From an uncultured Candidatus Saccharibacteria bacterium (GTDB taxonomy: Bacteria > Patescibacteriota > Minisyncoccia > Phycocordibacterales > UBA12445): DNA of 64,000 nucleotides. Location of the stretch: assembly GCA_964531375.1 (NCBI GenBank), contig CAZHDO010000004.1, forward strand, positions 147 through 64,146. The letters run 5' to 3'. Positions 18,525-26,615 of the stretch are shown one piece after another. The position numbers and the translations under genes were made by a program. The first letter of the stretch is position 1; each line of letters starts with the position of its first letter. Under the pieces are notes generated by a model. The model saw only the letters and a program-made list of their open reading frames with translations. It had not been told where the DNA came from and ran no database searches.

Positions 18525-18830
18525 TTAATTAGAAGACAACTTCTCAACCTGAGGGTAATAAAAAAGATGGATAGTCTTCGGATATTTCTTAATGACCACA
18601 CCCTGATCGTTTTTCTTTTCTACAATCGTAATAGACCTCAAAGACTTCTCGCCTTTCTTAACGACGTAACCCAAGCTTCTCCAATCTCGAAAAGTTCTAC
18701 AATTACTATATGGATCGTATTGCTTGGCACTTTCTGCTCCATAGCGTTCGGATATCTGTTGAAAAATTAGCTCCCTAGTTATTTCCGAGCCTCGATAATT
18801 TGTTTTAACCTTATCTTCTGACATAACCAA
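18525..18830 (-). CDS. ArdC N-terminal-like ssDNA-binding protein
   Basis: RTFRDWRSLGYVVKKGEKS...F...QVE motif. Confidence 0.75.
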   Translation of the reverse strand: MVMSEDKVKTNYRGSEITRELIFQQISERYGAESAKQYDPYSNCRTFRDWRSLGYVVKKGEKSLRSITIVEKKNDQGVVIKKYPKTIHLFYYPQVEKLSSN

Positions 18831-19222
18831 TAATTAACACTAATAAAAAGCACCAGGACTAGTGGTGCTAAGCATGAGAAAGTTTTTATTTAAACTATCT
18901 CACTTGAAAAGTATTTAAAGGTTGATCTAACTTAAATACCCAAAAGATAGGATTTCGTATGAGCCATAAGAAATAGAAAGCAATAGCAATGTGGAAGCAA
19001 ATAAATAGTATGCAAATAAGGTGTGCAAGCTCCTAGTCCTTAGGACTAGGGCCAAGGGGGGGGTTGTTCGATTTGGGTCCCCTGGTGTAAACAAGATACT
19101 ATCCGTTAGGTACTCACCCGTTCCCATGCCTACTTTCCCAAAACTTTCACCCTTAAAAAATCAACGAGCTCTAAATTTTTTTCTAAAAATTTTCAAAATG
19201 GGCCTTATGTTAAGATTTAGAC

Positions 19223-19786
19223 ATGACAAAAACACTAGTAGAAGGGTGCTTTTCACTGGACACAGCACACATTAAAAAGAACCTGGGACGAGCTAGAATA
19301 CACCAAGAGAACATCTCAGGCCAACTTGTAGGTATTCTTGCTGGAAAGCGTCTTATAATAAATTACTGGTTTGAATATGAAGAAGAAGACTCACTGGCGG
19401 TAAGTATAAATGGAAGGCTGGCTCAAAGGATAGGACTAAGTACCCAGGCAATAACATTTGGGACTCGGACATACCTTGTTTGTGAATGTGGCAAGAAGGT
19501 CAGCAAGCTTTATCTTGCCGACCATGGTGGTGATTTAAGGTGTAGAAAGTGTTTGGGTTTGACCTATGAACTGAACACCATAAACAAGGACACAGTACAT
19601 GGTAGGTTCTTTTATCAGATAAACAGGATGATAAAGTTAGCCAATAAAAGTGAGGCAATGGCTAGGATTTTTTACAAAGGAAGATATACCAAGGCGTTCC
19701 TTAGGAACTTAAGAATGATGGCCAAGGCCGGTTTCCCAGAGAAAGGGCTCGAAGCGAGAGGGCTTATGGAGAATATTTGGGCTTGA
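19223..19786 (+). CDS. Zinc-ribbon hypothetical protein typical of small integrative elements
   Basis: RTYLVCECGKKVSKLY...CRKCLGLTY. Confidence 0.75.
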   Translation: MTKTLVEGCFSLDTAHIKKNLGRARIHQENISGQLVGILAGKRLIINYWFEYEEEDSLAVSINGRLAQRIGLSTQAITFGTRTYLVCECGKKVSKLYLADHGGDLRCRKCLGLTYELNTINKDTVHGRFFYQINRMIKLANKSEAMARIFYKGRYTKAFLRNLRMMAKAGFPEKGLEARGLMENIWA

Positions 19787-19961
19787 TCTAATATTTTTAA
19801 TGAGACTAGAATATTTAAATTGGGCCAATAAGCAAAAAGTACGAAGTTATCCGTACTTGGTTAGGAAACTAGGGTCAGTTTTTAAATAAAAAAAACATAA
19901 CAAAACGAGACTTGCTAAATAAACTAGTCTGTCCTAATGTTAGCTTAATAAACAAGCTAAT

Positions 19962-21014
19962 ATGGATTTCCTATCAAACAACTACATAGACGAAGAAGTC
20001 CTGTTGAGTTTACTAAAATACTCAAGACCGAAACTATTCCCCAAAAAAGAGGGTATTTTTAAGGGCATAACACTATTAAAAGAATTTGGCCCTTGGGGTC
20101 CTCAGGTTAAAACTAGAGGAATTGATTATTTAGCAGACCTACTAACACAGCTTGAGATTACAAAAACGAATAAAGTTGGTAAATTAATCAAAGACGAAGA
20201 TGGAAGTCTAAAGCCAGATTTTAATCAAGAAATAACACTCTTTGACCTGATAAAACAACTCAAAAACGAACCATTTAGTGAAAATTGGAATACTTATTTT
20301 ATTATTAACAATGGTTCTTCTAAATCAGCCAAAAGGGTAAGGGAATATTTAGATGGGTATATAGAAAGATTTAGGAAAGACGAACTTGTCGAAAATCAAA
20401 ACATAGCACATCTTCCCTATCAAAAACAAAAAGAGTATCTATTCAAAAGCATCATACAAGAGATATCTAACAAGACACCTGAGGGTGATAATATCATTAT
20501 TAAAATTAATGGGAAAATAACAACAGATGATGTTTCCCCTATCGCGTCATTCCTATCTTATGAACAAGAGCAACTGATAAAAATATTAAAAGGACCACAA
20601 CCAAAAACAGAAAATGGAATCACTAAATATTCAATAACCATAAAAGTCAAAAAAGAAAATCTGGAAAGATTTGAAAATGAGAGAAGAAAATATACTGATG
20701 AAATAATCGGGGTTAGAACTTTCTACGATTTCAAAAATGACATTTTATATGTTCGTGGAGATAAAATAAAAACCAACAGTGACGAACAAAGAAGGGTTTT
20801 GAGAATAATTTTTAAAGACGATAAAAAAATTAAAGAAAAATGGGAGTATAGTAAAGTAACAAAGGATCAAGCTGTAGATGAAATAATAACAAATGAAAAA
20901 TATAAAAACTTTTTTTCTCACCTTAATCACAAAATTAAAGAAAAAACAGGGATTGAATCTTTTTTCGAGGTGCATGAAAATTGGGTAAAAATAAGGGAAA
21001 GATATTTGGCTTAA
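19962..21014 (+). CDS. Hypothetical protein, possible C-terminal winged-helix DNA-binding domain
   Basis: Long ORF; C-terminal helix-turn-helix plus beta-hairpin pattern. Confidence 0.6.
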   Translation: MDFLSNNYIDEEVLLSLLKYSRPKLFPKKEGIFKGITLLKEFGPWGPQVKTRGIDYLADLLTQLEITKTNKVGKLIKDEDGSLKPDFNQEITLFDLIKQLKNEPFSENWNTYFIINNGSSKSAKRVREYLDGYIERFRKDELVENQNIAHLPYQKQKEYLFKSIIQEISNKTPEGDNIIIKINGKITTDDVSPIASFLSYEQEQLIKILKGPQPKTENGITKYSITIKVKKENLERFENERRKYTDEIIGVRTFYDFKNDILYVRGDKIKTNSDEQRRVLRIIFKDDKKIKEKWEYSKVTKDQAVDEIITNEKYKNFFSHLNHKIKEKTGIESFFEVHENWVKIRERYLA

Positions 21015-21127
21015 ATAGGCTTATGTTTTTTTAAGCCAATCTAACAATCGCATATGACAATCTAGGGACAATATTCCCTAGATTTTTTTATTACGGGAGT
21101 GGATTAAAAAATAAACATAAAATAAAG

Positions 21128-21544
21128 ATGAAAAAAGATAGTAAAAATCTACACGAGCTAATTGATGCGGGGCTCTCGCTTATCCCAATTAAGGAAGGCG
21201 AAAAGATTCCTCATCCTTCTTGTCTTGATTCAAACAAGAAACACAATCTCTTATATACGCAATCTACGCGTGAAGAACTCGATCATTGGATAAATTCGGG
21301 GGTCACCTCTTGGGCTATTGCTGGGGGCAAGGTCTCGGGCAATTTAGTGACTTTAGATTTCGACGAAAAAAACTATCCAGGATTATACGAACTCTGGTAC
21401 GCCAAACTATCAGATGACCAAAAAAGGATTGTTGATAGCTGCTATAAAAACAGCACACGAAACAAAGGGACGCATCTGAGATATAGAACAGAGACGCCAC
21501 AGCCGAGCATAAAGTTAGCTAGTAAAATTAATTTAAAAAAATAA
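21128..21544 (+). CDS. Bifunctional primase-polymerase (Prim-Pol), N-terminal part
   Basis: GLSLIPIKEGEKIP, GNLVTLDFD, GTHLRYR; the domain continues in the next ORF. Confidence 0.8.
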   Translation: MKKDSKNLHELIDAGLSLIPIKEGEKIPHPSCLDSNKKHNLLYTQSTREELDHWINSGVTSWAIAGGKVSGNLVTLDFDEKNYPGLYELWYAKLSDDQKRIVDSCYKNSTRNKGTHLRYRTETPQPSIKLASKINLKK

Positions 21545-21546
21545 AT

Positions 21547-23208
21547 ATGAATAATGAAACAACAGCAGAAACTCGCGCAGAAGGTACCTATGCTCTTATT
21601 CCCCCATCTTCAGGCTACACGACACTACAGGGCGACTTATTAAACCTACCAATTATTTCAAATGAAATTCACGAAGAGTTAATAGACATACTACGCACTT
21701 TTAACGAAGTCAAAGAAGAGCCAGCCACCGAATATGAATGGAAATCGACAGACGCTTCGACCGAAGATAGACCCGGAGACGTACTAAATAGACAAGCTAC
21801 TTGGAAAGAAGTTCTCGAACCTCATGGTTGGGTTGAAGAAACTGAGAATCACTGGAGACGACCTGGCAAAAGAGATGGCGAAGGTATTTCTGCCACGACA
21901 GACCATGACGGCAAATCTATGCTTTATGTATTTTCAACATCTGCTGATCCATTCAAAGCAAACACCGGATATTCTAAATTCCATGTATACACGCTACTTA
22001 ATCACAATGGGAATTTTAAAGAAGCAGCTCGAGTCTTAGGAGAGAAATACGGTCTATCGCCAATAACAAAAGTAAATGACACAAATAACACGGTCTCAAA
22101 AATAGCGACAGCAATCCCCGTCCCTGTTCTCTGGGATGAGTTCAACAAAACGAGCTTCCCTACAAAAAATTGGCGCATAAAAGGACTTGTTCCAATAGAG
22201 GGATTTGTAATCCTAGCAGCAATATCTGGTGAGGGTAAAACATGGATTGCGTTGGAAATGGCAAACACAATAGCACAAGGCAGAAACTTTCTAAACAACC
22301 CAGAATTCGAAACCAAAAAAGGAACTGTCTTGTATTTAGATATCGAAATGGCTAAAAGCGAGTTCCAAAGACGTGGAAGATTGTTGAATATCGACGGCTC
22401 TATTCATGTTTTAAGTGGCTGCGAACTAAATCTAAACAATGACATCGGGGCCAATTGGCTACTTAAGTACATAGACGACAACAAGATTGATGTTGTTATT
22501 GTGGATACATTTAGAGCTGTTGCAGGAGGTATGAAGGAGGACAGAGCTGAGGAGGTTAGAAGTTTTTTCAACAAATTCAGACCCCTTAAAAGCAAGGAAG
22601 TAGTTGTTATCTTTCTAGACCACTTCAGAAAACCACAAAGGTTTGAGGGTAGGATTCCACAAAAGGAGCACCTCTTTGCCAGCCAAGATAAAGCTGCCTC
22701 GGTTGAAAGCTTAATAATGATGAGAAGAGACGAAAATACGGAAAATATAAACATTTATCAAAGAAAAAATCGCATAGGCAAAGAAGTACTCCCCTTCTAC
22801 GTAACAATGAAAGATGGAGTGTCTGGCAAAGATCCTAAAGTAGAAAGGTTAAATTTAACCTATGGAGGAATTATTTCTGAAAAAGAAAAAGTTATTGAAA
22901 AAATAATGCCGTTAATAATGGAGGCTCTAAAAGACGGTGGCAAAGACACAAACGAAATAATAGCTATTTGCAAAAGTGGCCTGAGTGCGGGTGACACAAA
23001 CATAAAGGAGGCTCTAAAGATTCTTTTGGCAGAAAAAACAATCACAATGAATAAAAAAGGGAGAAGGAATTTTTATACTTCAAATGTGCCTGTTGACACT
23101 GAGAATACTGACGACAACACCACTTCAACAGAAACTGGTGAAAATACCAGGGACGAGGACACTTTGAGTGAAGTTGAGAAGACAAACGCCCAATTTGATA
23201 ATTTTTAA
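21547..23208 (+). CDS. Prim-Pol C-terminal part fused to AAA_25/RepA-like helicase
   Basis: ETRAEGTYALIPPS (Prim-Pol motif), AAISGEGKT Walker A, VVIVDT Walker B, LDHFRK. Confidence 0.85.
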   Translation: MNNETTAETRAEGTYALIPPSSGYTTLQGDLLNLPIISNEIHEELIDILRTFNEVKEEPATEYEWKSTDASTEDRPGDVLNRQATWKEVLEPHGWVEETENHWRRPGKRDGEGISATTDHDGKSMLYVFSTSADPFKANTGYSKFHVYTLLNHNGNFKEAARVLGEKYGLSPITKVNDTNNTVSKIATAIPVPVLWDEFNKTSFPTKNWRIKGLVPIEGFVILAAISGEGKTWIALEMANTIAQGRNFLNNPEFETKKGTVLYLDIEMAKSEFQRRGRLLNIDGSIHVLSGCELNLNNDIGANWLLKYIDDNKIDVVIVDTFRAVAGGMKEDRAEEVRSFFNKFRPLKSKEVVVIFLDHFRKPQRFEGRIPQKEHLFASQDKAASVESLIMMRRDENTENINIYQRKNRIGKEVLPFYVTMKDGVSGKDPKVERLNLTYGGIISEKEKVIEKIMPLIMEALKDGGKDTNEIIAICKSGLSAGDTNIKEALKILLAEKTITMNKKGRRNFYTSNVPVDTENTDDNTTSTETGENTRDEDTLSEVEKTNAQFDNF

Positions 23209-23219
23209 TCTTTCTGTTT

Positions 23220-23282
23220 ATACATGTTAATAAGTTAACAAGCTATTCACTCCCTCTAACCTGTTAACTTCTTAACATGTAT
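23220..23282. repeat. 21-bp inverted repeat after the helicase gene (candidate replication origin)
   Basis: ATACATGTTAATAAGTTAACA...TGTTAACTTCTTAACATGTAT, 1 mismatch. Confidence 0.6.
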
Positions 23283-23349
23283 TTACTACAAGAAGGAATT
23301 AAGAAGATGTGGTTAGACAACAAAATTACAATTCTAATTTAAAAACAAA

Positions 23350-23634
23350 ATGAGAAGTATTGAAAGACGTTTTAAGGAAATAGAGAACAAAGACCAAGGA
23401 CCGGGAACTGTCATTAACTTTGGCAAAGCAGTAGTGGGACAAAATTTCTCTCATAAAATTATTACTATGTGGTTCAATAAATTAGTTGATCCTGACGATT
23501 ACCTGAAAAGCGAGAAGAAAGGGATATTGGCACACCTCGACCAGCTTACCAAAATGCCTGAGGAGGTCGTTAAATTGAATAAATTTGAGATTAAAGGCAC
23601 TCCGTTTATTAAAGTGGCACAAAACCACAACTAA
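23350..23634 (+). CDS. Hypothetical protein
   Basis: 94-aa ORF co-oriented between rep and xis. Confidence 0.7.
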   Translation: MRSIERRFKEIENKDQGPGTVINFGKAVVGQNFSHKIITMWFNKLVDPDDYLKSEKKGILAHLDQLTKMPEEVVKLNKFEIKGTPFIKVAQNHN

Positions 23635-23775
23635 TCCCAAAAATAATGACAACCGTACAAAAAGTGCACCATTGCAACTTGACTGAAATATTGATGGGTC
23701 TATTCTTTAATAGGAACCCAATGACTTTTAAAATGATTGAAAGTCACACCATGCTTACTTTGAAAATTAAATAAA

Positions 23776-23994
23776 ATGGATGTATCGAGGGACAATACAG
23801 AAAGACTGCTGAATAGAAATGAGGTAATGAAAATGCTCAACATATCAAAAGCTGGATTTTATAGACTAGTCTATAAAAGAGAGATCCCCTTCTATAAAGT
23901 TGGCGGTGGCTTGAGATTTTCTGTGGAGGATATTCTTTCTTATCTGAAAAACAATAGAGTTCCCTCGATACATGAATATAAAAAACAAATATGA
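23776..23994 (+). CDS. Excisionase/AlpA-like HTH protein
   Basis: LLNRNEVMKMLNISKAGFYRLV...IPFYKVGGGLRF; 4-bp overlap with the integrase. Confidence 0.88.
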   Translation: MDVSRDNTERLLNRNEVMKMLNISKAGFYRLVYKREIPFYKVGGGLRFSVEDILSYLKNNRVPSIHEYKKQI

Positions 23995-25133
23995 GCGTTA
24001 GAAAAATAAGAAATAAGTACTGGGTGGACTTTACCCACGACCGTACCAGGTACAGAAGAATGAGTCCTGAAAATTCCAGAGCCGGAGCTTCCGCTTTTGA
24101 AGTGGCGCTTAGGCACAAGCTTGCGATAGGAGAAAGCATAGATAAAGTATCCTGCAAAAATGAAAAGGAAAAGACTTTCAAAGATTTCTCTCTTGAATGG
24201 TTTAATACTTATGTCAAAAACAATAATAAAGCGGCTGAGATAAAAAGAAAAGAGAGTGCTTTGAATAGACACCTTATCCCCTTTTTTGGAAAAAAAGAGA
24301 TAAACAAAATAACTGGAAGAGATGTGGAAAATTTCAAGGCTCTGAAAAGGAACGAAGGGCTATCTAATAAATCGACAAATAATTACCTTGATGTATTCAG
24401 TAAATGTTTAGCAAGTGCAAACGAGTGGTTTGGCCTGGACAATTTGCCAAAAATGAAGAAATTGAAACTCCCTCCACTGAAAAACCTTTTTCTTTCAACA
24501 GAAGAATGCAAGAAACTCCTGGAAAACACTGAAGGAATTTGGCGTGAAATTATACTTACGGCTATGACGACAGGAATGAGGCAGGGAGAATTAAAGGCGC
24601 TCGACTGGCCAGATGTCGATCTTGAAAACAAAGAGATAACGGTCAGGTACTCTTGGTGCGAGTATTCACAAGACAAAGTAGCCCCCAAAAGCAACAAGGA
24701 GAGAAAGATACCGATAACTAATGAGCTTTGTTGGGAATTAATAAAAAGAAGACAGAAGACAGGAATAGTATTCCCCGACATACTTGGCAAAAGGTTTGAT
24801 AAACAAAAATTAAATACGAAGATAGCTAGAGGATGTAAAAAGGCCGGCTTGGAAGTAATAACCTGCCACATACTGCGACACACCTATGCTTCACACTTAG
24901 CACTGGCGGGAGTTTCTATACAGAAAATTCAAGCACTGCTGGGCCACGCAAACATACAGATAACAATGCGTTACGCTCATTTGACCCCCTCCAGTTTAAG
25001 AGAAGCAGTAAATATGTTAGAGCCGCTAGTCACTCCTTCTTTAATTTTAAGGCAACCGGCAGGCAACGCGGTAAAAAAAAGCGCCGTTGCATTTTGGGGC
25101 GAAACGGCACCTTTTCCAAATAAGCTTATCTGA
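23991..25133 (+). CDS. int: Tyrosine recombinase/integrase
   Basis: TGMRQGE, PKSNK, HILRH, LLGH, RYAH: catalytic R-K-H-R-H-Y intact. Confidence 0.95.
   Translation: MSVRKIRNKYWVDFTHDRTRYRRMSPENSRAGASAFEVALRHKLAIGESIDKVSCKNEKEKTFKDFSLEWFNTYVKNNNKAAEIKRKESALNRHLIPFFGKKEINKITGRDVENFKALKRNEGLSNKSTNNYLDVFSKCLASANEWFGLDNLPKMKKLKLPPLKNLFLSTEECKKLLENTEGIWREIILTAMTTGMRQGELKALDWPDVDLENKEITVRYSWCEYSQDKVAPKSNKERKIPITNELCWELIKRRQKTGIVFPDILGKRFDKQKLNTKIARGCKKAGLEVITCHILRHTYASHLALAGVSIQKIQALLGHANIQITMRYAHLTPSSLREAVNMLEPLVTPSLILRQPAGNAVKKSAVAFWGETAPFPNKLI
25051..25068 (+). promoter_or_regulatory. Putative integrase arm-type site (GGCAAC-N5-GGCAACG)
   Basis: Matches 289-306. Confidence 0.65.
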
Positions 25134-25154
25134 AGAGCTTATTTCGAGAAACAA

Positions 25155-25202
25155 AATTGTTGCGGAGACCGGATTCGCACCGGTGCCCCAAGGTTATGAG
25201 CC
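25155..25202. repeat. att site (proximal copy) overlapping the tRNA-Met 3' half
   Basis: Identical to 122-169. Confidence 0.95.
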
Positions 25203-25230
25203 TTGTGAGGTACTACTCCTCCACTCCGCT
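25160..25230 (-). tRNA. tRNA-Met(CAT), probably initiator
   Basis: Cloverleaf AGCGGAG/CTCCGCA, D-stem GAGG/CCTC, anticodon arm CAAGG-CTCATAA-CCTTG, T-stem ACCGG/CCGGT; 1:72 mismatch and A11-U24; CCA not encoded. Confidence 0.9.
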
Positions 25231-25464
25231 ATAAGTCCTGATATAGTACACCCGAATAGAACATTCTGTCAAATATACTACAAAGACAAGCTACTGCTGT
25301 TGTACTAAATTGGCCTCAGTTCCCCCACTTCCCGTAATATAACCACTAATTATTCCAATAGAAATCAAGGTTACGAGAATTACCAAAAAAAACTGAGCGG
25401 TGTATTTCCAAAAATCTTTATCAAAATATTCCATTTCAAAATTATATCACAAACTACCTAAGAT

Positions 25465-26076
25465 TTACTCATCTAATTTATCAAAAATTTTATTATGAGG
25501 AAAATCAATCACATCTCTCACAAACTTATCATAAACAGTCAATCGATATTTGAAATCTTCAGTCTCAAAAACCCCATAATTTAACTCCCTTCCAATCTCA
25601 GATTCGATTGCCTTTATAACATTACTGACAGATTTCTTATTTATATTATCTCCGACAACAAGCAGGTCTGCTCGACTTTTTTCATCATTCATAAAAACGC
25701 CCGCAGTAATAATTAGCCTTATTTTACCAGCACCCTTAAATTTCTTGATCAAATACTCACTATCTAAAACCTCGCCCCCCATAAGAAAAACCTTTAGCTC
25801 GCTTAAATATTTAAAGCCTGGATTTAATTCCCAACCGACCAAAATAGCTTTTTTCTTTTTACCAAGCTTTTTTGTCTCTTTTTCTCCCTTAAATTTCTTC
25901 TTTTTTAGAAATTTTGCCTTTGTAAGTAAAGTTAATTCTTTTAAAACATTATCTTCACTAATTTTAGATTTTGAGGAAATTTGCTCTCTCGTAAAAAGGC
26001 CATTTGGGTTCGCAAAAAACAACCTGAACAATTTTACTCTATTAATACTTCCAAATATTTTTCCAAGTATATCCAT
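25465..26076 (-). CDS. Conserved CPR-type protein: N-terminal winged HTH plus nucleotidyltransferase-like domain
   Basis: FGSINRVKLFRLF HTH region; ADLLVVGD, EIGRELNY. Confidence 0.65.
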   Translation of the reverse strand: MDILGKIFGSINRVKLFRLFFANPNGLFTREQISSKSKISEDNVLKELTLLTKAKFLKKKKFKGEKETKKLGKKKKAILVGWELNPGFKYLSELKVFLMGGEVLDSEYLIKKFKGAGKIRLIITAGVFMNDEKSRADLLVVGDNINKKSVSNVIKAIESEIGRELNYGVFETEDFKYRLTVYDKFVRDVIDFPHNKIFDKLDE

Positions 26077-26393
26077 CCTGTAGTAGAATTTTATTTTATT
26101 AAATCTTTTTCCGACGCTCGTAAAGATACTCTTTTAATCTTAACTTTAACAATCTATTGCCTTGTGTGGTTTTCAAATACCTCTCCCGCCTCCTTGCGTC
26201 CTTTTCGCTAATGCAAGCTTCATAATATATTATTTTCCAGGGACGATATCTTTTTGTAGAAAGATTTAATCCTTGATTATGTTCTATTAATCGCCTTTTT
26301 AGGTTCTCAGTATATCCTATATACAAATTTTCACCTTCCTCGCTTTCTAAAACATAATTATAGAACATAATCAAAATAAAATTTCACTACAGG
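26077..26393. mobile_element. 317-bp GIY-YIG mini-element with 21-bp terminal inverted repeats and 6-bp flanking duplication
   Basis: CCTGTAGTAGAATTTTATTTT (26077-97) vs reverse complement of 26373-93 (19/21); ATCCAT at 26071-76 and 26394-99. Confidence 0.75.
26099..26368 (-). CDS. Small GIY-YIG nuclease (start likely ATG 26368)
   Basis: YNYVL...LYIGYT..LKRRL.EHN, YYEA...ARRRERYLK. Confidence 0.9.
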   Translation of the reverse strand: MFYNYVLESEEGENLYIGYTENLKRRLIEHNQGLNLSTKRYRPWKIIYYEACISEKDARRRERYLKTTQGNRLLKLRLKEYLYERRKKI

Positions 26394-26534
26394 ATCCATG
26401 ACGCCACTCATTCTACTAGAACGAATCACTAATTCAAAATGTAAAAACTAAAATGCAAGATTATTCCGATTCCGTCGAGAAGCATCGATAAAATCGTGGT
26501 AATTAAAAAGTCAAAATTTGTAAAATAAAGACAC

Positions 26535-26577
26535 AAACAAAAAACTCGCCTTTATTATAAAAGCGAGTTTTTTGTTT
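26535..26577 (-). terminator. Terminator of the rplJL operon
   Basis: AAACAAAAAACTCGC...GCGAGTTTTTTGTTT. Confidence 0.8.
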
Positions 26578-26580
26578 TAT

Positions 26581-26615
26581 ATACTAAATACCAGATACTT
26601 GATACCTAATACTTA
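26581..26615. repeat. Five tandem degenerate heptamers ATAC(T/C)NN
   Basis: ATACTAA ATACCAG ATACTTG ATACCTA ATACTTA. Confidence 0.7.

Larger units (their letters stand above)
122..25202. mobile_element. tRNA-Met-integrated genomic island (Int/Xis/Prim-Pol-helicase with defence cargo)
   Basis: 48-bp flanking direct repeats, tyrosine integrase next to the tRNA, excisionase, replication genes, RM cargo. Confidence 0.93.

Noticed and set aside
18927-19275. ORFs 18927-19127 and 19021-19275
   Set aside because: They overlap palindromes and the promoter region of divergent operons; no recognisable motifs
122-25202. Calling the island a prophage or ICE
   Set aside because: No capsid, portal, terminase, tail, lysis, relaxase or T4SS genes recognised
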